A program made the position numbers and the translations under genes. A stretch of 64,000 bases of DNA from Eledone cirrhosa. Its lineage: Eukaryota. The stretch spans positions 1,240,001-1,304,000 of the forward strand of contig OZ024751.1 of the NCBI GenBank assembly GCA_964016885.1, given 5' to 3'. Shown here one piece after another: positions 24,663 through 37,153 of this stretch. A model generated the notes under the pieces. It saw only the letters and a list, made by a program, of their open reading frames with translations. It did not search any database and was not told the origin of the DNA. How positions within the stretch are numbered: the stretch's first letter is position 1; each line of letters opens with the position of its first letter.

Positions 24663-24694
<32 letters not shown>

Positions 24695-25025
24695 TACAGA
24701 GAGAGAGAGAGATAGAGAGAGATAGATAGATAGATAGAGAGCGAGAGAGAGCGAGAGAGAGAGAGAGGGAGATAGATAGATAGATAGATAGAGATAGAGA
24801 GAGAGAGAGAGAAGATGATTGGAGTGAATCAATGGAGTAACTATGGTGGAAAGTATGTGGTAGGAAGTTCAGTGGAGAGAATCTACCAATTACTTCAAAT
24901 TATTTCACCAAGCAAGAGCCAGCGTGGAAAACAGTTTCATTAATGATTCCTGATATTACGCTAAAATGGCTCCTAGTTAAGTATTATTAACATGTTAACA
25001 CACTTTCACTCATTCACTCTTTCGT

Positions 25026-25057
<32 letters not shown>

Positions 25058-25117
25058 TCATTCATTCTTTCACAATTTTCCTGTCAGTCTGTCTGTTTAA
25101 TAATCTAATTACCAAAC

Positions 25118-25187
<70 letters not shown>

Positions 25188-25557
25188 CTGGGATGGACAC
25201 ACGCGTATAACTTGCTGAGTCTGAGTAAGTTCTGTTTAAATTTCTATAGAAATTCTTGTCTGATAACTTTAATTTTTGTACCATTTTGTAGAGGGACTGC
25301 CAGGTCAAACTTTGATCTGGTCAGTCTCTCAAAATATTCTACGCCTTTAGGCGAAATAGTTAAAAAAAAAGTTTTTTCTTGTTGAAAAGTCAATATTTTT
25401 TTAAATGGCCGAAGCTTCTTCACCAAAATTCGAAGGAGGAAAGGGGAAGATGAACTTATAGCTTCCCCCTGCCACTGTCACAGTAGCAGAGGTCAAGAAG
25501 ATAGGTCAGCCAGAGGAAGAATTCTCTCCACCTGTTAACCGACAACTTGACGTTGCC

Positions 25558-27192
25558 ATGGCAACAACCCAAAGAACCAGCAGCAACAGCAACAACAACA
25601 ACAATGCGACGGACGAAAGCAACACCAATAACAATAACAATAACAACAACAAGACCAATAACGGTGACAACAACAACAATGATAACAACAACACCACCAA
25701 CGACAACAACAACACAAACAAACAAAATTTCTCCTTCGCCGAGACGACAAGGAAAACCCTCGACTATCTGCCAGTAGATATAACAAAAGCGAAGAAGCTA
25801 CTGGCGGATGCGAAAAAATATATAGTGTACGGGGAAAATGGTTCATTCACAATCCATTCCCCCCCGGAACTAAAAAGCCAGAGACTCCTAAACACGGTCA
25901 TGTTTAGGACAATCTCGAACAAAAGTAAAAAACCAGCTCAACCATCACAGAGCGAGATAGAGCTGGTTTTAAAAGACGTCATGATGGACATCACCTTCAT
26001 TCAGAAGGATAGACTCTACGGGAGTCTATCCATTCTCATGAAGGACAGGGACACAGCAGTGAAACTGTCCATCAAACCAATCACATCCACCGCATACACC
26101 TTCTACCCTACGTACATGGGTAGAAGAACACAAAAAATAAAAATCCACACCATCCTGCCGATTATGGACATATGGTGGGTTTTGACAGGTTTTCTGGACC
26201 TGGAGGATGACATGCTGGTGTCCATGGGAAAGGCATCGGGTGACGCGTTCAGTGGAACGAGCCTCGAACTTGTAGTTCAAATGAGGCCCGAAAGGATCGC
26301 CCAGATCCCTGAACGCGTCATACTGGATGATCTAACCTTCATCAACATTACCGTTGAGGGTAGACGGCCCTCGTGTTACCTCTGCGGAACCAGAGGTCAC
26401 CTGAGGGCTGTCTGTCCCCAACTTAATAAGAAAACCCCAATCCTGCCTACACCACCAACAACTGCACAACCAACACAATCACCACAACTACCACTACAAA
26501 AAAAACCACCACAGCTCAAACCAAAACAAAACAATGTCCAACCCATCCCCTCCACTCAAAAAACAAAAACAATTTCCAAAACACCCGTACCGCAAACACA
26601 ACCCGAAAATATACCCCTCCCCTCCAACGCGGAAGATGATCCTAGTTCGTCGTCAGACGAGGAGGAGCACTTCCACACAATCAAAAGAAAAAAAAGAAAA
26701 CACACCTCAGACACACAAATGAAAAAAACCCCTCCCCAAAACATAACACTGACACCAACACAAAAGAGCTCACAACAGCAAACAAAAAACACCACACAAA
26801 AACAAAAACATGCATACACATACATAAATACAAGAAACAAAAAACTGTTAAACATTGTGTACAACAACAATCTAATAAAAACACAAGGGCCTAACTTCAC
26901 CCAGGCAGGGGATTTCCCCCACCTCAAAATGATTAAGGCCCCACAGGACACCTATAAAACTTTAAAAAACAATTTTAAAGAGGACGTGGGTCCCCCCTGC
27001 GTCGGGCCCATTAACCGCGTCCTCCTAAAAAACTATCCCACCCCCTCCCCAAACACCCTCACAACTCCAAGCTCCCCAACCACACAACACACTGATGCCC
27101 CCACACTTCCACAAACCACCACCCCACCCAACAACCCACCCCCCACCCTAATGGAAATTGTGCAGCCCGATACCCGGGACGCAGAGAGGTAA
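25558..27192 (+). CDS. ORF1p, gag-like nucleic-acid-binding protein with one CCHC knuckle (544 aa)
   Basis: CYLCGTRGHLRAVC, poly-Asn N-terminus, P/Q/T-rich region and acidic-basic DEEE..KRKKRK. Lies directly upstream of ORF2. Confidence 0.88.
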   Translation: MATTQRTSSNSNNNNNATDESNTNNNNNNNNKTNNGDNNNNDNNNTTNDNNNTNKQNFSFAETTRKTLDYLPVDITKAKKLLADAKKYIVYGENGSFTIHSPPELKSQRLLNTVMFRTISNKSKKPAQPSQSEIELVLKDVMMDITFIQKDRLYGSLSILMKDRDTAVKLSIKPITSTAYTFYPTYMGRRTQKIKIHTILPIMDIWWVLTGFLDLEDDMLVSMGKASGDAFSGTSLELVVQMRPERIAQIPERVILDDLTFINITVEGRRPSCYLCGTRGHLRAVCPQLNKKTPILPTPPTTAQPTQSPQLPLQKKPPQLKPKQNNVQPIPSTQKTKTISKTPVPQTQPENIPLPSNAEDDPSSSSDEEEHFHTIKRKKRKHTSDTQMKKTPPQNITLTPTQKSSQQQTKNTTQKQKHAYTYINTRNKKLLNIVYNNNLIKTQGPNFTQAGDFPHLKMIKAPQDTYKTLKNNFKEDVGPPCVGPINRVLLKNYPTPSPNTLTTPSSPTTQHTDAPTLPQTTTPPNNPPPTLMEIVQPDTRDAER

Positions 27193-27216
27193 GTGCCTTT
27201 TCTCTTCACCACCAAC

Positions 27217-30200
27217 ATGGCTATGCTAAGAGTAGGCTGTTTAAATGCGCGTGGCCTGGGCTCAACTTGGAAGCAAGCAATGCTTCTAAATGACCTCAGG
27301 ACACAACGTATAGATGTGATGGTTATTTGCGAGGCCCGGATCAGCAACGTGCGACAGCTGGCCCCCACCTTTGATGACTTTGAGATGCACGCATCTCTCT
27401 GTCAGCCCGGAGGTGGGGGTGGAGTTGTCGTTCTGCTGCAAAAACATCTGGGTCTCGCAACACAGATGGTACATTTGGACCCGGAGGGTCGACTAGTGGT
27501 TCTGGACCTTGGCAGTGGTAAAGGCGGAGCGTTTAGGTTGGTAGCCGCCTACGGCCCTTTCGGGTCAATGCGGCCGGACTTCTTCCATCGTCTGGAGACT
27601 TTTCTAGGGACGTCCCGCTCCTTGCTATTAGTGGGGGACTGGAATGGTATCCTAGATGCACGCTGGGACTACGTAGGGGCCTGCCCCGATAGAGAGGGGT
27701 GTAATAGCCTCAAAGGGTTAATCGGTCGATTTGACCTGGCCGATAGATATCGACTAGATTTTCCGACTGCGCCAACCTGGACTTGGGCAAATCGTAGCGG
27801 ATCATCTAGGTCGTACCTAGATAGGTTCTTAGTTAGAATTAAGGATAAGGACTTTTTAAGTTGTCCAAAAATGCGCATTGTTGGCTATTCAGACCACAAA
27901 TTAGTGACCTGCATGGTCAACCTTGACAGAACTCATAGACAGGGCCCCGGTTACTGGAAGCTCAACTTGTCCTTGCCGGCAAGTAGAGCCTACAGGAATC
28001 GGATTAGTACGTTAGTTAAGGAACGGTTGACTGGAGCGATCGTCAACAGCAGGTGGTGGGTATCTCTAAAGAGAGAGATTAGAGTAGTCTCGATAGAATT
28101 TAGTAAGGTTCTAGCTGCGGATAGGAATAGGAAGGAAAGGGAGCTAATAGATAGAGTAGAAGAGGCAATTAGAAGCGGCGACGTGGCCAGAGTGCTAGCG
28201 TCGAGAACGGCTTTGAGCCAGTTTTTCGACGCGAAGCACGAAGGCTGCGTTGTCCGAAGTAAAATACGTGCTCTAGGGAACGAGGGGACCAAAGCTGTTA
28301 GCTGGGCCCGCGTGACAGAGGCCAACAGTGGAACTAAATCCACCATCCGGTCTTTGCGAGACCTGGATGGACGGGCGATTCTTGAGCCTAAGCAGATGTG
28401 TGAGGCCTTTCAAAGGCACTTTGCCCGACTGTTCGGGAGGGGCGGGGAGCCGGTTGGGAACGTGGACTTCGGTCCATACCTCGACGGCCTGCCGCGCCTC
28501 TCGGACAGGGAGGCGAATTCCTGCGAGGAGCCGATTTCGGCCGCTGAGATAGAGGACGTGCTGAGCCAATGCGGCAAACGCAAATCCCCGGGTCTCGATG
28601 GTCTTCCTTACGAATTATATCTAGCTATGCCGGACTTGTTCCCCGATCTCCTCGAGGCGGTCTACTGCAACTGGCAACAGAACGGGAGAATTCCCTGTAC
28701 TGTGACCAAGGGCGTAGTCACGCTAGTGAGGAAGGACGAGAACAAGGGGGACGAAATAAGTAACTTCAGGCCCATAACACTGCTAAATACAGAGTTACAG
28801 ATTTTGGCCAAGGTGCTAGCAAAGAGGTTGGCGCTTGTCGTGGGCAACCTGGTGGGAGATGCGCAGACATGCGCTATCCCGTCCAGGTCCATCCATGACA
28901 ACCTCCACCTCATGCGATACATCATAGAGAGGGTTGGGAACGAACCCGGCTTTGGTGGGGCTCTGATCAACTTGGATCAATCTAAGGCGTTCGATAGGGT
29001 CGACCATGGTTACCTGGATGCGGTGCTAGCGGCGGCAGGCTTCGGACCCGTTTTCAGGGGCTGGATCACTGCTATGCACAGCGGCCGCATCTGCTCTAGG
29101 GTCAAGGTGAACGGCTACCTCTCGGAGCCGTTCAAAATCGCGCGGTCCATCCGACAAGGGTGCCCTCTCTCCTCCCTTCTGTATGTGTTGACTCTCGAGC
29201 CACTACTGCGGAAGTTGGAGTTGTTGCAGGGCATCCCTTTGGAACCGGGATTGCGGAAAGCGGTGTCGGCCTACGCCGATGACGTGACAGTAATGGTGTC
29301 GACGGCCTCCGAAATCGAGGCGGTCGGCACCTTACTGGAGGAGTACGAAAAGTTCACAGGGGCTAAGCTGAACCGGGACAAGTCGATCGGTTTGCAACTC
29401 GGCACGTGGAGGGGCAGACCGATGCCCTCCGATAGCGTCGTCGGACGCTGGACGGAGGGCCCGGTGAAGTTGCTCGGGGTCTGGTTCGGACCGGACCTCC
29501 AGGTGGAGAAAAACTGGGCGGAGGTTACGAACAGGGTGTTTGCACTGACCCAGAAGTGGGCCAGTTGCAAACTATCCCTGAAAGGTCGGGCGGAGGTGGC
29601 GAACACCTACATAGCGTCCGTCATCTACTACCGCCTGACCGTAGTGCCCTGCCCAAGGGAAACCCTCACCAAGATGGAGCGCGCGCTCTTCCAATTCCTT
29701 TGGAAGAGGCGGGCTCCTATGGTGAGGAGATCCATCTGCTGTCAACACCCTTCGAAAGGAGGGCTGGGGATGCCGTGGCTAATGATGCGTAAACACGCAT
29801 TAAGGCTACGGCACCTCTACGTATTCCTCACCGGACAACCGGTGTGGGCCTCGTTTGTGAGACGAACCTTTCCCAGACTCGTCTCACTCACCGAGCTGCA
29901 ATCCTGGGTCAAGCAAAGACCGAGAAAACTGGGCGCCTGGCACACTGAGTGTGCCCAGGCGCTCACCGCCCTCTGGCAGGCGGATCCGGTTATCAGTGGA
30001 GACTCCACCGCAACATTCTATAGAGGGCTGGTACGCAGCAGGTGCGACGACGCCCTCGGAGAAGCCCTAGACATGGAGGAGGACGAACTGGCCAGCCTGT
30101 TCGGTAGGACATTCAGCCCGGGACCTATGGACAACTTCCAGAAGTCCCTGGCCTGGCAGTGCTACCGAGGGGCTTTACCCGTTCGAGAAAGGCTCTACAG

Positions 30201-30654
30201 ACACGGGCGCCCGGGTAGGGACCCCGCCAAAAAGATCTGTCCCAGATGCGTGTGCGACGAGGAAACCGTTGCACACGCATTAGTACACTGCTCGGGCGTA
30301 GCCGATCTGTGGGGCTATGTCGAACAACTGCTGTCAAGGGTGGGACCGATCCGGTTGACCACCGAGTCTATTGTAATGATCAAGCCGCCTCCCCCCTTCA
30401 AAGATGAAGCAGAGGCGGTGTTTCTGTGCGTAATAGCCATGGCGAAAGAGGTTGTATGGTGGACGCGTCTGAAAGGACTGAGGTCGGGCACCTTTCTCTC
30501 TGGCCAACAACTGGTCCGTTTCTTCCGATATCATTTCGGAAGAAGGATCAGGATGGAGAGAGAGGTGCTGCACCCCAGCCGTTTCTATGAAAGATGGGTG
30601 AAAGTGGCGAGAATGGCCCGTGTGAATGGGCCTTCACTCTACATCAGACTATAG
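27217..30654 (+). CDS. ORF2p: APE endonuclease, reverse transcriptase and C-terminal Zn finger
   Basis: LNARGL, GDWN, YLDRF, SDH, GPGYWKLN, KSPGLDGLP, FRPITLLN, LDQSKAFDRV, RQGCPLS, AYADD, GGLG, CPRC..ETVAHALVHC. ATG in aacATGg context. Confidence 0.95.
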   Translation: MAMLRVGCLNARGLGSTWKQAMLLNDLRTQRIDVMVICEARISNVRQLAPTFDDFEMHASLCQPGGGGGVVVLLQKHLGLATQMVHLDPEGRLVVLDLGSGKGGAFRLVAAYGPFGSMRPDFFHRLETFLGTSRSLLLVGDWNGILDARWDYVGACPDREGCNSLKGLIGRFDLADRYRLDFPTAPTWTWANRSGSSRSYLDRFLVRIKDKDFLSCPKMRIVGYSDHKLVTCMVNLDRTHRQGPGYWKLNLSLPASRAYRNRISTLVKERLTGAIVNSRWWVSLKREIRVVSIEFSKVLAADRNRKERELIDRVEEAIRSGDVARVLASRTALSQFFDAKHEGCVVRSKIRALGNEGTKAVSWARVTEANSGTKSTIRSLRDLDGRAILEPKQMCEAFQRHFARLFGRGGEPVGNVDFGPYLDGLPRLSDREANSCEEPISAAEIEDVLSQCGKRKSPGLDGLPYELYLAMPDLFPDLLEAVYCNWQQNGRIPCTVTKGVVTLVRKDENKGDEISNFRPITLLNTELQILAKVLAKRLALVVGNLVGDAQTCAIPSRSIHDNLHLMRYIIERVGNEPGFGGALINLDQSKAFDRVDHGYLDAVLAAAGFGPVFRGWITAMHSGRICSRVKVNGYLSEPFKIARSIRQGCPLSSLLYVLTLEPLLRKLELLQGIPLEPGLRKAVSAYADDVTVMVSTASEIEAVGTLLEEYEKFTGAKLNRDKSIGLQLGTWRGRPMPSDSVVGRWTEGPVKLLGVWFGPDLQVEKNWAEVTNRVFALTQKWASCKLSLKGRAEVANTYIASVIYYRLTVVPCPRETLTKMERALFQFLWKRRAPMVRRSICCQHPSKGGLGMPWLMMRKHALRLRHLYVFLTGQPVWASFVRRTFPRLVSLTELQSWVKQRPRKLGAWHTECAQALTALWQADPVISGDSTATFYRGLVRSRCDDALGEALDMEEDELASLFGRTFSPGPMDNFQKSLAWQCYRGALPVRERLYRHGRPGRDPAKKICPRCVCDEETVAHALVHCSGVADLWGYVEQLLSRVGPIRLTTESIVMIKPPPPFKDEAEAVFLCVIAMAKEVVWWTRLKGLRSGTFLSGQQLVRFFRYHFGRRIRMEREVLHPSRFYERWVKVARMARVNGPSLYIRL

Positions 30655-30937
30655 GTGAGGAAGATGAAAGACCAAGGGAGCACCCCTTCTCTGTGCTCCT
30701 GAGGAGAAGGGTTGCACACTTTTTTCGGGGGTGTGTGCGACCCCACAAGGCGCCTCCTCTCTATTGAGGATTTTGTTAAAAATTTTATTTTTTGTTATAT
30801 CTTATTTTATTTTTATATTTTGTTATTGCCTTCTCCTTATTGAGGACGCCTTTTTGTGTAAACTCCCCCCTTTGTACTTGTCCCACTTTTGATGCCCTAG
30901 TGGCAAATAAAAGAAATATATCTATCTATCTATCTAA

Positions 30938-30981
<44 letters not shown>

Positions 30982-31010
30982 ATATCTATCTATCTATCTA
31001 TCTATCTATC

Positions 31011-31994
31011 GCGCCTGGCACACCGAGTGTGCTCAGGCGCTCACGGCTCTCTGGCAGGCGGACCCGGCTGTCAGTGGAGAATCCACCTCGTCATTCTATA
31101 GAGGGCTGGTGGTTAGCAGGTGCGACGACGCCCTCGGAGAAGCCCTAGGCATGGAGGAAGACGAACTGGCCAACCTGTTCGGTAGGACATTCAGCCCGGG
31201 ACCCATGAATAACTTCCAGAGGTCCCTGGCCTGGCAATGCTACAGAAGGGCTCTGCCCGTTCGAGAAAGGCTCTACAGACACGGGCGCCCGGGTAAGGAC
31301 CCATCGAGAAAGATCTGTCCCAGATGCGTGTGCGATGAGGAAACCGTTGCACACGCATTGGTACACTGCTCGGGCATTGCCGATCTGTGGGGCTATGTTG
31401 AACAACTGCTGTCAAGGGTGGGACCGATCCGGTTGACCACCGAGTCTATTGTAACGATCAAGCCGCCTCCCCTCTTCAAAAACGAAGGAGAGGCGGTGTT
31501 TCTGTGCGTAATAGCCATGGCGAAAGAGGTTGTATGGTGGACGCGTCTGAAAGGACTGAGGTCAGACACCTTTCTCTCTGGCCAACAACTGGTCCGTTTC
31601 TTCCGATATCATTTCGGAAGAAGGATCAGGATGGAGAGAGAGGTGCTGCACCCCAGCCGTTTCTATGAAAGATGGGTGAAAGTGGCGAGAATGGCCCGTG
31701 TGAATGGGCCTTCACTCTACATCAGACTATAGGTGAGGAAGATGAAAGACCAAGGGAGCACCCCTTCTCTGTGCTCCTGAGGAGAAGGGTTGCACACTTT
31801 TTTCGGGGGTGTGTGCGACCCCCCAAGGCGCCTCCTCTCTATTGAGGACTTTGTTATAAATTTTATTTTTTGTTATATTTTATTTTATTTTCATATATTG
31901 TTATTGCCTCCTCCTTATTGAGGACGCCTTGTTTTGTAAACTCCCCCCATTGTATGTGTCCCACTTTTGATGGCCTGGTGGCAAATAAAAGAAA
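31011..31994 (+). mobile_element. 5'-truncated Tx1-like copy B
   Basis: Homologous to about 29933-30916 with scattered substitutions; flanked by (TATC)n. Confidence 0.93.
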
Positions 31995-31995
31995 C

Positions 31996-32044
<49 letters not shown>

Positions 32045-33168
32045 CACGCATTAAGGCTACGGCACCTCTACGTATTCCTCACCGGACAACCGGCGTGGGC
32101 CTCGTTTGTGAGACGAACCTTTCCCAGACTCGTCTCACTCACCGAGCTGCAATCCTGGGTCAAGCAAAGACCGAGAAAACTGGGCGCCTGGCACACTGAG
32201 TGTGCCCAGGCGCTCACCGCCCTCTGGCAGGCGGATCCAGTTATCAGTGGAGACTCCACCGCAACATTCTATAGAGGGCTGGTACGCAGCAGGTGCGACG
32301 ACGCCCTCGGAGAAGCCCTAGACATGGAGGAGGACGAACTGGCCAGCCTGTTCGGTAGGACATTCAGCCCGGGACCTATGGACAACTTCCAGAAGTCCCT
32401 GGCCTGGCAGTGCTACCGAGGGGCTTTACCCGTTCGAGAAAGGCTCTACAGACACGGGCGCCCGGGTAGGGACCCCGCCAAAAAGATCTGTCCCAGATGC
32501 GTGTGCGACGAGGAAACCGTTGCACACGCATTGGTACACTGCTCGGGCGTAGCCGATCTGTGGGGCTATGTCGAACAACTGCTGTCAAGGGTGGGACCGA
32601 TCCGGTTGACCACCGAGTCTATTGTAATGATCAAGCCGCCTCCCCCCTTCAAAGATGAAGCAGAGGCGGTGTTTCTGTGCGTAATAGCCATGGCGAAAGA
32701 GGTTGTATGGTGGACGCGTCTGAAAGGACTGAGGTCAGGCACCTTTCTCTCTGGCCAACAACTGGTTCGTTTCTTCCGATATCATTTCGGAAGAAGGATC
32801 AGGATGGAGAGAGAGGTGCTGCACCCCAGCCGTTTCTATGAAAGATGGGTGAAAGTGGCGAGAATGGCCTGTGTGAATGGGCCTTCACTCTACATCAGAC
32901 TATAGGTGAGGAAGATGAAAGACCAAGGGAGCACCCCTTCTCTGTGCTCCTGAGGAGAAGGGTTGCACACTTTTTTCGGGAGTGTGTGCGACCCCCCCAA
33001 GGCGCCTCCTCTCTATTGAGGATTTTGTTATAAATTTTATTTTTTGTTATATCTTATTTTATTTTTATATTTTGTTATTGCCTCCTCCTTATTGAGGACG
33101 CCTTTTTGTGTAAACTCCCCCCTTTGTACTTGTCCCACTTTTGATGCCCTAGTGGCAAATAAAAGAAA
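32045..33168 (+). mobile_element. 5'-truncated Tx1-like copy C (nearly identical to A)
   Basis: Homologous to about 29794-30916; flanked by (TATC)n. Confidence 0.93.
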
Positions 33169-33198
33169 CATATCTATCTATCTATCTATCTATCTATC

Positions 33199-33921
33199 GA
33201 GGAGCTCTACCAGTTTGAGACAAGTTCTACAGACATGGGCGCCCGGGCAGGGACCCTGCAAAAAAGATCTGTCCGAGGTGCGTGCGTAACGAAGAAACCG
33301 TCGTACACGCATTCATACACTGCCCGGGCGTCACTGACCTGTGGGGCTATGTAGAACGACTATTGTCGCGGGTGGGACCAATCCGGTTGACCACCGAGTC
33401 CATTGTCATGATCAAACCGCCACCCTCCTTCAAAAACGAAGGAGTGGCGGTTTTCCTTTGTGTGATAGCTATGGCGAAAGAGGTTGTATGGTGGACACGG
33501 TTGAAAGGGCTGAGGTCAGACACCTTTCTCTCCGGCCAACAACTGATTCTTTTTTTCAAATACCACTTTGGAAGAAGAATCAGGATGGAGAGAGAGGTGC
33601 TGTACCCCAGCAAGTTTTATGAAAGGTGGGTGAAAGTGGCGAGAATGGCCCGAGTGAATGGGCCTTCTCTCTATATCAGCTTGTAGGTTGAGGAAAAGGA
33701 GAGGAGAGGAAAGGAGTACAAACTCTTCGTACTCCTGGAGATGAGGGTTTCACATTTTTTCGGGGGTATGTGTTACCCATATAAACTGTCTCCCCCTATT
33801 GGGGGAAAATCGACTAACTTTTAAATTCCATCTGTGATAACATTTTACACGTTTTTATTGTATGTAAACTTCCCCCTTTGTATTTGTCCCCTTCTTTTGT
33901 GCCCCTGTGGCTAATAAAGAA

Positions 33922-33922
<1 letters not shown>
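33199..33922 (+). mobile_element. 5'-truncated, more diverged Tx1-like copy D
   Basis: Homologous to about 30166 onward, with a distinct 3' UTR ending gtggctaataaagaaa; flanked by (TATC)n. Confidence 0.9.
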
Positions 33923-34001
<79 letters not shown>

Positions 34002-35301
34002 CATTTAATAACCGATAAATCTTTAAAGATAAACAAGTATTGATTATAATAATTATTTTCTCTTTGTTGCATCTCACCTCCTCCCCTTCCTCAACCCACA
34101 TCTCTCATTCGCCTTTTTCTCTTTTTCTCTCTGTCACTATCTTCCCATTTCTCTCACCTCTTTCTACATTTTCCGAACCTCTCTCCTCATCTCTTTCTCT
34201 CCTTCTCATTTTTTGATCCCTCTACTACTTCTCCCCCTCTCTTTCTCCATTCCCCTTATCCTCATCCTCACACCTTCACTCCAGCTTTCTTCTCAAACAC
34301 CATCCACACTTTTCTTACCACTTCTCTTCTTCCTTTTCTCTCTCATCCCTCTACCCTCTCACCATCCACCTCTCTGTTCACTTCTCTCCCCCTCTCTCTC
34401 ATCCCTCAACCCCTTTCTCACTCTCTCTTACCGCTAGAAAAAAAATACAAAGACAAAACCAAATAGCAAAAAAACAACAAACAAACAAGCGCACAACACA
34501 GTAAAAAAGTAAAACAATATCAAATTTTACCTTGTTTCATTCTGGAAATTTGAGGAGCCTTCATGAAATCCCACTCGAAACATTCTATAAATATTACATG
34601 GCAAACGGAACCCCACCGACCCAGAAAAATTAATTTTTCATTAAAATTTTAAAAACAAAATCTCTATGTAAATTTCTGCGATTCTGTCACACCACGTACA
34701 GAGAGAGGAGTAGTTTGACTACCTCATACTACTCCTCTCTCTTTTCGTCTGCTGCCTGCGTGAATGTATGTGTGTGTAAAAGGAAGGAAGGGGTGCTGAA
34801 AAATTATAGCACAATAGTGGCTGGCGTTCCACTTGTTATGCTGTGTATATGTGTATGTGGTTTTGTGTGTCTGTTTTTGCACATTTATATTTATATACTC
34901 ATACATGTATACACATACGCACACACACATATAATGTATACACACATGCACACACATATACACATACACGTCAGCGTGTTGAATAAATCCTAGTGCCTAA
35001 AAATGATGTTGATGGTAGTACTAGTAGGAGTAACAAAATGTCTATAGGGAACGCCATTGATCCATCTTTTCTTCCTTTAACCAAGCTGTTCAATCAAATC
35101 AGAGTCTGATACAAAGGATACGAAAGAAACATCAACGACTTCAAGTTGGGCGCTGTAAATGGTAAACAACTAGAAACACTGCTACTAACAGTACACGGAT
35201 TTACTTGAAGAATTGATATGAGATTAAGATAAGAAAAGTTGGCAAATGGAATATATTACTGATGAGGATCATATTGATAATGATGTTAACATGTTGCACC
35301 A

Positions 35302-35401
<100 letters not shown>

Positions 35402-35592
35402 ACACGCATACATATATATTTATAGAGACGTGGTGGTATAAATACCAATGCTGATCCCTGGTTCACTTCAAGATCAAATTTAAGAAAATCAACAAAACAT
35501 AAAATAAAAATAAATATAAATAAAACAACAAGTTCTGTGTGTATCTGCAAGTAACAATTTTATTCAAAAAAGATTTATTATCATTTTCATTA

Positions 35593-35660
<68 letters not shown>

Positions 35661-36285
35661 AGTGTTATTGTTCGTATTTCATTTTTTTTCTTTTCTTTCC
35701 TTTGATTCTTGAAATTTGAAAATTTTTTAAAAATTGTTTGTTGGCAGTATGCAATGGGCATAGCCAATGAAAATTGTGAGAAATAAGTAACAGCCAATGA
35801 AAATTGAGAAGTTTAACAGCCAATGAAAATTGGAACATGACAACGATCTGTCGTCCATTCATTCCGAACATATCAATTCTTTAAGCAAAGAATTACTACA
35901 AAAAACAAAACAAAAATCCCATCAATATTCCCTTGATATTCCAGCCTTCGTGACGGTTTCAAATCTCATGATAGTAAAAAAACCCAAAAAGAATGGTATA
36001 CAGAAAAAATAAAATAAACAGAATTCTAACATTTACTCACATAGAAGAATTAGAAACGTGAAAGCTATATATGTATATTATATATATAGATACATATAAG
36101 TTAGACATGGCCTATCAAAGTTATCAATATTATAGGTATATATATTTATGTATGTATGTATGTATGTATATATATATATATAAATATATATATATATATG
36201 AATATATATATATATATATACAACATATAGACACACAAACACACATATATGTGCGTGTGTATGCATGTATATATATGTATAAATA

Positions 36286-36318
<33 letters not shown>

Positions 36319-36321
36319 CTA

Positions 36322-36453
<132 letters not shown>

Positions 36454-37033
36454 TTGCATAAAAACATACATACACATGCACACACAAGCTCACACACACG
36501 CACATATATCTATGACATGAACCGGTTATATGTGTAAACATATTTTAATGTATTTCTTCTATTCGTACCCTGTGCTTATTTATTTGTCAGAAAATAGACG
36601 AAATAATTATTCAAGAACAAAGGTTAATAAATAAATAAATAAATAAACAAATAAATAAATAAATAAAGGAACAAAAAGTCAAAAGAATTTGAAGAAAAAA
36701 TATTTGATTTGTAGAAAGGAAATGGTGAACATCGGTTGCATTTACTATTTTTACTTATTTCAGATCATCAGCTCCACTCGAGGAAAATAGCTAGATAAAT
36801 AAATTATATTACACACACACACATATATATATAAGAAGAAAAAAAGCCCTCTCATAGATACGTTAAGAGAAAAGGTTTCTGTTAGGGTTGTCGTTGATAG
36901 AAATAATGAATAATCAACAATAGAAATACTGACAAATGTAGATATTTGCTACACTGCAGAAACTATAGAGGAGATGAAGAAAAAATGATGATTTTCGATG
37001 AATTAGTTAAGAGCTCTTTTGTAGAGAGAGAAG

Positions 37034-37153
<120 letters not shown>

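Larger units (their letters stand above)
25188..30916 (+). mobile_element. Full-length intact Tx1/L1-clade non-LTR retrotransposon (copy A) inside (TATC)n
   Basis: 5' UTR, ORF1, ORF2 and a 3' UTR ending gtggcaaataaaagaaa. (TATC)n on both sides. Confidence 0.93.

Noticed and set aside
30917-33922. Tandem duplication as the origin of the Tx1 array
   Set aside because: The copies differ in 5' truncation point and in divergence, which fits independent insertions better.
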